Shown: positions 35,394 to 48,898 of the stretch, one piece after another | How the letters are laid out: each line of letters opens with the position of its first letter | Numbering within the stretch: the first letter of the stretch is position 1 | NCBI GenBank assembly: GCA_002633005.1 | Contig: NMRA01000589.1 | Coordinates: 30,641 to 94,640 of the forward strand | Length of the DNA stretch: 64,000 nucleotides | Direction of reading: 5' to 3' | DNA from: Phoronis australis | Taxonomy: Eukaryota; Animalia; Phoronida | The notes under the pieces: model-generated | The model's input: only the letters and a program-made list of their open reading frames with translations | Database searches by the model: none | Told to the model about the DNA's origin: nothing | Translations under genes and position numbers: made by a program

Positions 35394-38300
35394 TCACGCG
35401 TCAACGCTGATATGCGCCTCTAGACAGCCCAGTACCTCCCCTGTTTGGGTTTCCTTAAGCTTCGCGTAGACATCGTAGTCTCCCTGGAATTCACACGTAA
35501 TACACACGTGAATGTTTGCAACAACAGTACGGCTAGAGTCAATGAGTTTAGAACGGAACTGACCCAAAACTTATTTCTTGTCCCTTGATTTAAAAGTTTA
35601 TAACTGGTAATGGGAGATCAATAGGTGTTTGTTTGTAGGGTATACGATGGATACGTTTGAGAAGAAAAAAGCAACATGACCATATTGCCCAGCGTACGTT
35701 TGCGGCCACGTGTAAGCGTGAATTTCCTGTTTTTATTGCGATCTACGTTATCGAAATTGATTCTGTGATTACGTTAATCATGAATATCACTCAAAGCCTC
35801 TGTTCTCACAAGTCGTGGTTTTCTTGCGCGGAGCACAACAGAGTTCTATAGAGAACGTGTGCAGTTCACTCGCCTAAACTGATATGCACTCATGAATATT
35901 GCAATAGTCACTGTTGTCAATGATAGAACACGCTCATATTACCACGAGCGTTCATGGTATGGACCTACTCAAACCGCTCAAGTTTCAGCACAGAACACCT
36001 CATTTCAGAAAATTGCGAAAAAAGTTTCGTAACACAATAATGAGATTTTGCGTATTTCTGAAAATATGATTTGGTACACGCTTCTTGCATAGCTTGTTAT
36101 TCATATATAGTATGGGCTTACTCATGTATAGTTATTTCCGACCAACTCCTGCTCATTTCTCACCAACTGCCCCTTGGTTTATTTAATTCTGTATGAGCGG
36201 CGGTTACCGTATCTTTGCTGAAACACCCCAGTTTTAAGATGGTAATTCAGATTAGTTAATTGGTTATGATTAATACTTATACCTCATCACTAAATTACTA
36301 ATGACACCAGTTTATGAACATTTAGATTGGTTAGACATGGCGCCACTTCGAACGCAGCAGTGAAGGTAGCTACTTCGTAATACAGTTTACCAGTTCTCAA
36401 AAATTGTCATTTTGCCAACGCCGTAACATGAGAAAATAAAATATATGTACATATTTTTCTGGAATGCTATCTACATGATGTCATCTGCATGGGATATCTA
36501 GAGGACAGTATAACAAATATTACCCTTGAAGGTTTCATGCCTGTAAGTCCTCCAAACCATGCAGATGTAATGACACACGTGTAAGAACACATTAAAGTCA
36601 GAAAAGAAAAAGCGTAATTAGCTAAAATCTATCATTTGTTACTTATTATATTTAGTCAGTGATGACCTGATGCTAAGGGTAGTTGTTCTTGCCAGTTTTT
36701 TAGTGTAATAGTCCGGTGGTTTTTATGTATAAGAAATAAATGTATATGTGTAAAGGTTATTAAATGTTTACAAATTCAATTGGGTAAGTTGGATGTTTTA
36801 AATTGCTGTCCTGCAGAATATTGTCAGCAGCGAGTCTTGCCTTTTAACTTGCTATGCCAAGAATTTTAGCCAAAATTTCCACGATACGTCTTACTTATGT
36901 CCATGTGGAGAGATCTACACAGCATGAGATCATGTCCTGGTGAGACACCCCGTCAACACTCATCCACGGCAATTACTCTTCCACTTCCTGATCTTACATG
37001 ATAAGAACTGGCGTGCGTTCAGTAGACGCTAGGACCTACGCTAGGACCTAGCTAAAACCTAGTCAAAGTCACGTGTTCTCATTTAAAATGCACGGCAATA
37101 TCTCACGTTATCTCGCGAAGTTTTGCTTTTTAGCGAGGTCCCAGTGTTACTGAACGGGAGGCCGGAATTATTTCATTCAAATGAAAAAAATCTGGTCGTG
37201 ATCATTTTTTACTGCATGGATGTGCAATATCTTGACCTATTCTGCAATCTTTAACAGCCTCTTTATATTTTAAAATTGATATTATTATCAGTGCCCGATT
37301 ATATTTTCGTTTCCCTCTTCTCTTTTTCTTACTCTTTTTGCTTAGTTACAAACTTGTTATTTCAAATGTAATGCTGTTTTTGTTGTTTGTGTTATTGTTG
37401 TTGTCTGTCATTAGAAATTTTGTAGCATAAATTCTTTATATTATACGTAATCCCTAATATAACGATCTGCCTTGGGTTTTTTGTATTAAATTATATATAT
37501 TTGTTACTTGATACAAAATATTTAATGTTTGAATGAATTCGCCATGCCTTTTAGTTATTGAAACTATTTTCCTGTTTTATGTCTATACTTACGTCAGCCA
37601 GCCACGACAGGTACCACTTGAGCTTAGGAATACTAAACTTCTGGTTCACCATTTTAGGGGTGCTCTTAGGAAACGGACAGGTGCACGGAATGTTGTGATT
37701 GGACAGTTCAGTGGGACATCCGTCAGTTTCCCAGACTTTAACGAGGTCACAAGGTTTGTAGGTGCTGGAAGTGAAACCGATTCCTGTGAAAGTTATATTA
37801 AACTTTACAGCAACATATACAAATACATTACGAGTTGTCTTGATACAGATTACATTTAACTGCGTGATCCGTTGCCAGTGATTCTGGTAACATGGCCGCC
37901 TTTCAACAGTTCTTAGTGTTAAGATCGTCTCAATAAATTTCTTAAAAACTATCAAAGATTTCGTTATTGTTGGTTTTATTTATCAGCATATTAATATTAA
38001 CAAAATGTGCTTGGACTTCTAGTTGAAATATATACATCTCAACGTGACGAAACAAAAAAAGGAAATGGGAATAAATGTAATTTATTCAAATCATTTACTA
38101 AAAAATGTCGATTCTTTTGCATGTGAATTCATTGTAGCTGCCAGTAACAGCTTGCATCATATACACCAATTACTGGTGTGACACCGTATACACACAATGT
38201 GTGCATTCAAAATACTTCTAAGTTGTCATGGATACATCAAAATGCAAATTACATACAAATTGCATTCTGTTACATCTATGACAAGACTTAAAGTAAAGTT

Positions 38301-39378
38301 TTAACGGAAAAGTTTGGAATGGGTGCAGGTCTAATCTTTTTTACTGCTTCCAAGCACAGTTATAACTCTCATTCATGCGGACGATTTTACATATACCCCA
38401 GGCTATCTGTTATTTCTGTATCTTAGTTACTATGCATTTTTCCATTTTGTAAGCTCATACTGAGATGACGTATATGATTTTTATCTTGTAACGTATGCCA
38501 CATTTACAAATATATATTTACGTCGATCGTCTACGCACGTACCAAGAACCCCAGTTCCATAAACAGGGTATTTTTGCTGGCTTTAAAAGTCGTCGGTGTT
38601 TGTATATTTTGATATCTAATTCAGAGCTTCCTGTCAGCGCCCGTTTGACGTCAACTTCAAAACCTCCCACAACGTCACCGGGGATTTTCACCACACCCGG
38701 GCTGAGGGTAATGGATTTAAATTGAATCGCTGCATTACTGCCACCTAGAAAGAACATCGGAACTAGTGATTGCTAAACACTTTTTCATTTGGCGACTGTC
38801 GCGTGATTATAACTGCTAAACAAATGGTTGCTTGTATATAGAGCTAGGTATATTTTGCAGTAATTGTAGTAAACATGCCATGACAGGATATTTTAACACA
38901 CCTTCAGCTACCCATCTGACATTGATAGGTAGGAAGGTAAAATGTTTTATTTTCATGTTCCACAGATGGATGTGCATATTTTTATTGCAAAATGTTTCAT
39001 TTTATGATTCAAAAATGTTTTGAAATAAACGTATCGTGTCGCTCACACTTTACAACCACTCGTGCAAAAAGAAACAAAATGATAATTTAGCCCTAACTAG
39101 ATAGTTTCGGTTTTGAAGAGCTATGTCAACTGCATCATTTTGAATACGTAAAAAGGTAAATAAATAACTGCGTGTTAAATTTGTAAATGTGCACCATGCA
39201 ATAAATACATAAATATATCACCAAGCAAAAGTTTGAAAATAAACACTAATTTTGCTAGTTTCGAATACTTAAATTTGACATTAAAAGGCTTCTTACCGCA
39301 ATCTTTCCACTCCAGCTGCTTGAATTTCGCGCAGAGTGCGGGAGCAACAAGACACAACGTCAAAAGAAGAACACGCAT
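35394..39378 (-). CDS. GM2 ganglioside activator-like (ML domain) protein, paralog B
   Basis: Exons 39378-39297, 38744-38543, 37764-37593 and 35483-35394 (GDYDVYAKLKETQTGEVLGCLEAHISVDA*). Signal peptide plus WKDC, KIPC..WGSCTY.PC, CP and IPCTCPF motifs; all introns GT-AG and in phase. Confidence 0.92.
37010..37163. mobile_element. MITE family 2 copy
   Basis: Reverse complement of 12687-12839, with TIRs GGCGTGCGTTCAGTA / TACTGAACGGGAGGCC. Confidence 0.85.
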
Positions 39379-40303
39379 TATGGATGTCTAAGCAACTGTG
39401 AGGGACAAGTTTTGTGAAAGATTTTACGTGGCGCGGTCTTTGGGGGTTTGTGAAACCAACACATGTGTCGCTTTCGTACGTGAAACGTCGTATTCTACTA
39501 GATAAACACTCAAGGGGTCACAGCAGAATTCACGAGAGATAATTAGTGCAATGATTTTTGTCCTCCCCGAAATTTGCTTGTGTCATCTCGAGACAATGTC
39601 CAGCTGGAAAATAACGCGTGCCAAGTCGCGTTCCACCACACCAGTCGCACGTGGGACACTTCCCCGATTTTAGTACGTCCGTGATGGTAGCCTAGAGGCG
39701 CTATTTGAGTCCGGTTAAATCGCTTGGTTCCCTTTATTGAAGTACAGGCGCAGACTTTTTGAAAAGCTGGTAATCTGGTACATGATTTGTGTGAGTGTGA
39801 TGGAAACATCTCTTAAAGGCGTTGAGTGGAAACGAGTTTGTATGTAGAAATAACGATACTTTGACTGTTGAATCAAATACAAATAAAAATTGTATCCTGG
39901 AAACCAAATCTAGTCTTTCTGCATTTACAGATTCACATGTACATGCGCGTATTGGTTTTAAAGCGGCTAGAAACCCGCGTTCCACCAAACCATTCGTTTA
40001 GTTCACTTACCGCTATGGAATGGGTCTCAAATTGAATCTTAGTCAAATATTCGGGGATCTTTGGGCTCGGAAAGAACTGGTCGAGACTGGGCTTCACAAG
40101 AGGCTATCACGGCGGGCCATTTTATACGGCGAGCATGGTCTCAAGGAAAAATGAACTGCCGATTCTTTACAGTTCTTTGATATCACAATTTGAGACAGAT
40201 TTCATCAGCGTTAAGTCGTCTAAATCAAAAGTGCTCTGTTCGTTTAAAAAAAACGACACGTTATTCCAAATTAATATATTGACACGATGCAGTTTCAAAA
40301 CAT

Positions 40304-43300
40304 TCATGGCTCCACACTGAAGCTTGCCTCGAAACACCCTAACTGCTCTCCTGTGGTTTTCTCGTACAATTTAGCTTCAACTTTGTAGTCACCCTGGAAT
40401 GTATTGCAAATATCACAGTGAGAAGTTAACAAATTCATAATTTCATTTGCCTATGTTGTCATTGCCAGTCAAAATAACGCACAATGTAAAAGGTACACGT
40501 GTGTTAGAATATCAAGTACACCGTCACATGCTGAATTCAAACATTTACTAAAATAACGAGGCAATTAAAACATACAAGTACACAATAACTCTTATACGAT
40601 ATCAACACGCCAATTTACAATAACACATTTACATCTGTATATATAAAAATATATAAATTTAATGATTACATAAACGTTACATGATAAAGTAGATGGAAAG
40701 AATATTGTTTTGTAACGTGGTAATTAACAAATAATGCATCGGATTGCTGAAAAAGGAACTAAAAGTTAAAACAAAAAATCAATCAGAATTTTTAATGTTA
40801 ATATTTTGAACTTCTCATGATGCACGGAAAATGGCCGATACCAGTTACACTTTTAAAACTCAGAAAGAATGATATCATCGCTAATTCATTACGATACTTG
40901 ATTTTACAAAATGTTTTTACTTTATGATGAAATCTGTCGACTGGCCAAAACCATTTCTGTGTGAAAGAGTGTATTTAAATTAAAGTTTATCGCAGGTGGC
41001 GATGTTTACCTTGGCCAGCCAGTCCAGGTACCATGGTAGGTCAGGGAGTTTGAACATCTGATTGACCATCCTAGCTTTAGTCTTTGGGAAGGGGCACGTG
41101 CAAGGGATATTGTGGTTAGACAACTCTTGAGGGCACCCATTGGTCGCCCAGGGCTTCACAAGTTCACATGGATCGTAAGTACTGGAATAAATAAAGAACA
41201 CCACCTGTAGACAACTTTATGGGTGCGACGTTGCTCGTGTAGTGGTTCACAAGTTCACATACATGACAAGTGTAGAAATGAATAGAAATTATATGTACAA
41301 GGGCGGATCCAGGATTTTTAAAAGCGGTGGAATCAATGATTTTTTAAAAAGGGGCTCCAAGTTCACATTTTGAAAACTCTAGATATGGTATTACTATAAT
41401 CAAGAAGAAAAGGGGATCTGGACACCCTTGACTCCCCTGGAATTGTCTATGATGGACAAGGAATGATCTCCTAGAACTTTGCAAGAATAAAAACGTTATG
41501 TTAATTTACTCTTGAGCAACGGGTCGTTCAAAGGTTTACAAGTTCACTTTAGTCGTACATACTGATAGATAAACAAAATGTATGATTCCTCAAAAAATTA
41601 CATATATAACTCACTTTGAAATTAACATTTCAAAGCGACAATAATCCCGCGTTGCGTTGGATAAACTAAATTTTGAATTCGACTACTTGCCGCTATGAAC
41701 TTGAACTCGCCTGAAATAATACAGGGTAAATGCACTATTTGTCGAGACCATTCTAGGCAAATGAAATGGCACACTCTGTATATCAACTTTCTCAAAAACA
41801 TGATGCAGAGCTGAAAATGCGAGAGTAATGGAACGAGAAAGGTTTGAAATTGAGAAGAAAGAAAGGCAAGAGAGGCTTGAAATGGGGGAAGAAAGAGAGA
41901 AAGAATCGCTGTAGACCATATGTTAAATCTCATGGCAAAATTTACTAACAATTGACTAAATTGATTTGACTGTTGTTTTAGATGTTATGCGAATGAAAGT
42001 AAGAGAAGTTTTACTGACAGAGTGACTTTTAAATTTTTTCGTAAACTAGCGGATATTATGTTCTACAATAATTAGACACCCTGTTCTCAGTTATCCTTAT
42101 TACTCTCACGTTCATGTAAAAATTTAGCAGTTGCATTTTTGTTACTGTAACGTGAGTCGGCATGTGCGTCGTAATTCACGTTCACGTAACTTTGCGAAAC
42201 CTCTCGATTGTCTTCGACGTTAACCTTAGATTACGTCGGTGACGTGTTCAATTAATTATATTTTGAGAACTGAATAAGATCTGTAATCAGGCATACATTG
42301 AGACCATGTCGGCGTCTATCTTGTGAGACTAAACCCAGAATTAGGTCCAAATATGCAACTCTCGTGTAAAATTGAAGAGGATTTTTGAAAAATATTATCT
42401 GATTGAGTGAAATTTGAGTAATTCGTTAAAAATGGAATTCATTGGCAAGTTTTCAATTAAAATTTCGGTTGCAGGTACTTTGCTTTTTTCCGTTTTTTGA
42501 TGATTTGAAGCGAGACAAAATTTTACAATTTTTGTATACTAAACACGTTGAGATTATTGGAATGTCATTCACAGAGTTTCATATTTTACTGGAGGCACTG
42601 ATCAAAATTTTCCGCCAACAATTGCAAGGACATGTGGTCTAGGTATTTTTGTAGCTAGCCTAAAGATCATAATTCATTTCGATGCATAACACAGGCTCAC
42701 ATTCGGTTTAATTTGAATTTCAAACTTTTTGTTCGGCAAACTCGGGTTTCAACTGCCGCACATACGTATCAATAATATCAGTTTAGCAAAATAAAAAAGG
42801 TAGTTCAGACGTACCACGATCCCCAGTTGAAGACACATGGAATCCGGCGGAGACCAAACAGTCGTAGGTGCTTCTGGATTGTTACTTTCAACTCGGATTT
42901 GCCAGTCAAGTCGCGTGTAATGTCAACGTCAAAACTACCTGTGAGGTCTCCTGGGATCTTTACTATATCTGGTCTAGCACTGACCGAGTTGAACCTAATA
43001 GCCCTGTTTGGATCACCATCTAGAAAATATTAATAGACTAAATAAATCGAGTTACCTTTACTACTGGAGCTCATAATCAGTGCTGTAGTGTGGCGTAGGC
43101 GCATGTAGACGCAGCCAACCACCTTTTGGCATTTGAACGTAGCGCCTACGCACCGTAAGTTACGTTCAGTGCTCAAAGTGGTACGGTGGGGTTTGGGCGC
43201 CTACTTACCTCTTAATTAATTTACCACTACAGCACTGTTCATAATACTACTCAGTTTTGAATATACCTGAGTGTGCTCGTGCAACATATTCTTCATACAT

Positions 43301-44034
43301 ATTGTACCCAGAAATTTAGTTACAAAATACATTAAGTTGATAATTTATGCCTTATTATAAACTTCATTTCTACATTATCATCAAAGCTGCTAAAAGAGCT
43401 CTTCAGTTCGTACAGGAAAATAAATGTATCTCTATAAAGCTGCACTGTAACGATGTCTATTTTTACGGAGGGTGCAGCTGTAAAATTATGGTATATACCT
43501 GTTAATAGAATGAATTTGATAGGACTTATTAGTATGCTTTCGCAAAAATTTTACCAAAGACACCACCCTTTGTAGGGATTGATTAATTGCACAAACCTAA
43601 CATTGGTCGAATCTTAAACAGCTGTCTTTTTAACCTATTAAGTCTGAAACAGCTCAAGAAGAGATGTCTCAATGTCTTTCCCACCAGGAATTTTTAAACT
43701 TTTAAAGAAGAGATCACATTACGAATCCTTCTGTAAATTTTGTAATTTGAAAAAACCTTTTTTAAACTTTCAAACTCCGTAAGTGAACCTAGTTTTTGTA
43801 GAAAACCAAATTGGAAAGGCGTTTTTCGTGGGGAATTTTGTCAAAAATAGCACCAAATTGCAGGGAAATTGTACAAAAAAGTTACCCATCAGAGCGGCAC
43901 GTCACGTATAAAAAGGCCAAGGGAGTACGCCACCTGAACTAGAACTTACTACAGTCCTTCCACTCCAGTTTGTTGTACCTGGCTGCAAAAGCAGCTGAGA
44001 CTAAAGTCAGAACAATCGCAATCGTCTTCATCAT
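40304..44034 (-). CDS. GM2 ganglioside activator-like (ML domain) protein, paralog C
   Basis: Exons 44034-43950 (MMKTIAIVLTLVSAAFAARYNKLEWKDC), 43019-42815, 41181-41010 and 40393-40304 (GDYKVEAKLYEKTTGEQLGCFEASFSVEP*). Same intron positions and phases as paralog B. Confidence 0.92.
43078..43237. mobile_element. 160-bp hAT-like MITE
   Basis: Perfect 13-bp TIRs CAGTGCTGTAGTG / CACTACAGCACTG and an 8-bp TSD CTCATAAT / TTCATAAT. Confidence 0.85.
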
Positions 44035-44363
44035 CTGTGTATGAATGGTGGTTTCAGAAAAGACCAAGATAGTTACGTTTTGAGCAATATATAGGACGGA
44101 AAATTTCTGTGTGAAGAGACAATATGGTCAGTTAGTCTTATCATCGTTCACTGGACGGTGGTCAAATATGCCCGTCCTCTACAAGGTGTATCTAAAGATT
44201 GCGGCTAGTTTAAAGCGGCGTTAAACCCGAGTAGAGTTAAGGAAAGCTAGGACCTACGCTAGGACCTCGCTAAAAAGCAAGACTTCGCGCGAGATTACGT
44301 GAGATATTGCCGTTTATTTTAAATGAGAACACGTGGTTTTGGCTAGATTTCTTAGCCGTACTC

Positions 44364-44851
44364 TACCCCGTACTTTCTGTAAAAAACAAGTTCCGCTTTA
44401 GACTGCTTACCGTTACAAAACTGGTTTCACTTTGTTCTTTACTTAGTTTAAAAGTATATCAAATAAACACAAAAAATCAAAAACCCCAACCTGGAATCGA
44501 AGCACAGGTCTAGTGTTCTCACCACTGAGCTACTGAGGACCCGATATCTGTGCAATTACTGTTTACAGGCTTCTGTTAGTCAACCTCTTCGTCTATATAT
44601 TTACTATATCTAGTTTAAAAGTGATTTTTGTGTTCCGGGAACAAAATTGACTGTCCGTTATTTCTTCAGACCAAAGTTATGAAATTGAAGGTCACGTCGT
44701 GACTTAAAATTTAATGAGCTTGGTCTCAACAAATAACGAACTGAAATTACGTTTAATTTGACTAAAGAATAATTTTTAAATTATTCTAAAAAATTGGTTC
44801 ATAGTGATTAATGGCCTAAATCAAACTTTTTTTGACGGAAAGTACGGGGTA
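44364..44851. mobile_element. ~490-bp TIR element containing a tRNA-like fragment
   Basis: TIRs TACCCCGTACTTTCTGTAAAAAACAAGTT / AACTTTTTTTGACGGAAAGTACGGGGTA. An internal - strand segment GTAGCTCAGTGGTGAG...GCTTCGATTCC lies at ~44485-44537. Confidence 0.65.
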
Positions 44852-47800
44852 ACGCCGTTTTAAAAGTTTATCTAGGACAATATTTTGCTGATGCGGTGGT
44901 TCGAGCTAAGTTTGGTAAGTTAGAAGAATAGAATTTGGTTGAGATGTTTACTGTAAGATAAAGTAATAATGTACAAAACTAATAGTATAATAGGTATATA
45001 CAAATATTTTTCTAACATAACAAAGATGATGCGATTTGACTGAGTGAGGTATTTGATTAGCGTGCTGGGCGAGCCCAGTCACAAATTCCTGGAACCGCCG
45101 CACCATGAACGTACCAACTTAGCGACAGTTCTTTGACTTCCACATGCACCAGTAGTCACTCCCGCCGAGTGTGACAGTGATCGCAAGAACGGCGGGAGAA
45201 AGACTGTAGATACGGAATGGCGACTGTTTGGATCCTACATGAGAATAAACAATCCTCTGAAGTCTTAGAGAAGCCCCTTGCTCAAAATAACCCGGGCTTC
45301 TCGATACCCCAACCTCACATAAGTGAAATTTACATGTATCGGCATCGACAAGAATTTACAAAAGTACGCGCGCGGTGTTAGGAATTTGTGATAGAAAGGA
45401 CCTATACACAATTCTGTTTCTTCTAGGGAGCAGACCCTCTGTCATTAAACACCTTTTTGAAAGTTGAAGATGTTATTGAATGATCGTGTTCAAATGAAAC
45501 CGCACTCCTTCAATCCTAGTTTCTCGTTTGAAAATAATGTATGGTACATGAACTTGTTCATATACGGCTTCTGTTAGAAGACCAGTTACTAAGTTACGTT
45601 TCAGGCGCAAATTGTGTTTAATCCTGACGTGTTTCGCGATGATAACATTACTTTGGTCAAGAAGTACAGCCTATGCGTAAGTTGAGATTTTAATTTTTTG
45701 GTTATTTATCATATAAAGGTTTTCATGTCCGAGGCCTGATTTTATGAGAACGCGCACGGGATCAACCAAACAGTCCTACACCGAAAGAACAAAATATTTT
45801 CAGGGAGTGGCATGGCTGTAGTTATACTAATTTCGCAGCTGATAGAACACCGTCTGTTGAATTTCCATCGTTTTATCAAGTTCCTGGATTACACCGCGTG
45901 AATTCGCGTTTAGGATATCAGAATGACGTCATCAACACTCCAGTGTCGTCACTGAATATCGTTGGTTGATGACTCGGTCGCAGAAAGCTTATACAGAATT
46001 CCAGTAAATCGCTAAGACGTATTTGAAAACTTGAGGCTCCGAAGATACAGTAGGCTAATATGGGCGGATTTTACACGGCCATATTCCTTACGGCAAAAAG
46101 TTGCGCTCCGATTTTGATAGGGTTTCTCATGGAATAGGCAAGGAACTCTACAAATAGCTTTTATATTTCTAGTGAAGTTTGTTGTGTTAAAAACAACACA
46201 CTATATTTTAATGGGGAGTGTCGATAGCAACTGGACATCCACCCTATTTTTTAATCGGTAACTTCGGAACACCATATTGTATAAATGGCTCGCCAGATTT
46301 ATGTGAAAGTTTCGGTTACTATGTTTTTTTAAAACGTTCTCAGGGATTGTTTTTAAAATGCTCCTCTTCTTCATATGAGCTATTAACATAGGATTTTCAT
46401 AAATAACTTAAAGTTTCATGAAACAAAAATGATAAGAAAAAATTGCAACAAAGATTTTTGAATCTTCATCTTCATAAACATCCGAAATTTATGAAAAAAT
46501 CATGGTTTCATTGATATCTATGTTTTGCTATGAGAATAGTTTTCATTTTGCTAAATTTTACTAAAAAGACACGGTCACGGGACTCAATTAATGGCAAATT
46601 AATGAACAGCCACGAAAATCAAATTCCGCACAGGCTTTATATCGGCCCACTACGGAATTTACATTCTATGGCTGTGTACATATTATGACCAAAAGCATCG
46701 AGTTGCCGCGGTCACGTGACCTTGATTAGTAAGCTCGACGCCCGGGGGTTTGGCTTGCCGGGAGCTTTTGCAATCATGTGAACTTAGTCTTCTCAAGCGA
46801 ATTGAAGTAAACTCAAATTTATCGAATTGAATTTGAATAAAAACATTTTGTAAATGAAATGCTTCTGTAGAGTCTAAACGGACATTTTCCTTCGAACACC
46901 CATGAAGAAAAACTCCGAAGCAAGAATTTTGAGTACAGAAGGCACCATTTTGCCTGAGCAGCCCATCCCTTGGTTCCTGTACTTCGCATTGTAGTGAATA
47001 CTACACGAGTAGTACGTTCGAATTACACATCTAAAAACGTAATTTTACCTCTATGGAAATAATGTAATCATTTGCGACAAAACCATAGGTATATTAACTG
47101 GACATGTGGTCAAAAAAGGCAATGGACGTGTACCTTCTACCATAATTGAAGCTGCTTAGCGTTAAATTCTCATGTTATTCCTTACTCGGATTAAAAACTG
47201 ATTTCTACCCACACGAAAAAAGTGAAATGTTGCTATTTGTTTCAGTCCAAGTCGATCAGCTATTATGCCGTTGCTGGAGGATCTAGCTGTTAAGTTTCCG
47301 CCCCCAAAGCAGTAGGGCGCCAGCGGAATTAAACTATCAGGCGATTTATTGTACATAATTTCAATTCAATAAAAGATAAGAACGCAGTGACGTTGCTTTG
47401 CAAGAGCAATCACCTCGTTTTATAGAAAAAAGTTAGTTGATGTTTATAGGCCATCAACTCAAATTAGTTAAAAGAGAACCTGATATTGTTTACAAACATA
47501 ACTGGTGAGCCTCAATTTCTTAATTTTTGCTCCTAATTCCGAATATCTTGTTTTTACTTGGATATCCGTTTTCGCTCTTTATGTTGTTTTTATTTGTGAC
47601 CAGTTTATTTTTATACACACGGTATAATTAGCCCCAGGTGTTTCATGCTAGCAGTTTGAATGTGTTCACAATTTACTAATCAGCAAGCATTTTGCAGGGT
47701 TTAAAACCCCTACAAAAGGCTTACCTTCATGGCAGAGCCCTTTTTGCAAAAGCTCCTAGTGGCAAAATGCTCCTTTTAAGTAATGATATTCTGTCTACTT

Positions 47801-47885
47801 GGGTGGTCTTTTATCTAGCTGACTCCCTAAAAAGGTGTTTATCAGCTCCCCTGCAGCACATAATCAAACCCTCATGGTGAAGACA

Positions 47886-48135
47886 GGGCCTGTTCCAAGA
47901 AACTGACTTTTAAGTTCATTTTTGACTTAAGTTTAAGATTTGTCTTAACTTTCAAACTTTGAAACTTCCACATTCGGCAAGTTAGTCAGTATTAAGGCAA
48001 AATTTATGTCAAACACTTAAGTCAAACTTAAGATCTCTTTCTTAAATTGGTTTTGAGACAAATATAACTTTTATTTTAAAATTTACTAAACTTTAGGATT
48101 TGTTTTAGCTAAGTCAGTTTTGTTGGAACGGGCCC
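47886..48135. mobile_element. MITE family 1 copy
   Basis: Reverse-orientation homolog of 9342-9584, with TIRs GGGCCTGTTCCAAGAAACTGACTT / AAGTCAGTTTTGTTGGAACGGGCCC. Confidence 0.85.
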
Positions 48136-48898
48136 CTGTTTTGCCGTCTGATAAACACGAGATCATGAATTGAGTAATCTTCAGAGGGACGCCAGTCAAC
48201 AATAAGCATCACAGATTAAATTCAACTCGTCAGTGATATAAATATATTTTATGAGATTTATGATTACCTCAGGTTAATGTGTCAGGGAATAACCATCAAT
48301 GAAAATCCAATAAAACATACGCGTCTGTTTATGTGTATTTCTCACCAGTACATATATGAAGATAAACAATTTTGCACATGCTAATAAAATTCAAATTGAT
48401 AAAAGTCTTATATAACACAAAAATAAAATGGCAGTTCCTTCTACTTATGAGCACAACAACTGTAAATGGCTGGTGACTTCCAAAAACTGATTAATACTTT
48501 TTCCCAAGATAATTGGCTTCTGCACCGAAAAGGATCAGTAAGACCGCCCAATATGAAGCAGCATCATTTTGGAAGCATTAGCTAATCCTGTCAGACTTGA
48601 TGGCTGCTTGACACTGTTAATCTGCTTGTCAAATGCCAAATGAACTGTTCGGGCATGTAAATCATTTTACATCATCGCATCAACAGAAAATCTCGAGACA
48701 GTTTTATGAGGTTGAGTAATCGTAAGGTTTACAATTTGCATTCTACAAGAGTAACAGGGAAATATTGCTTTAAACCTAGTCACAACTTTAAAATAGACTT
48801 CGAATTGGTAGATTTGTTTTGTAAGAACAAGAATAATGAAAATATGGTACACGATTGAAGATACCCAAACAATTCGAATTAAGAAATATAAAAAAATA

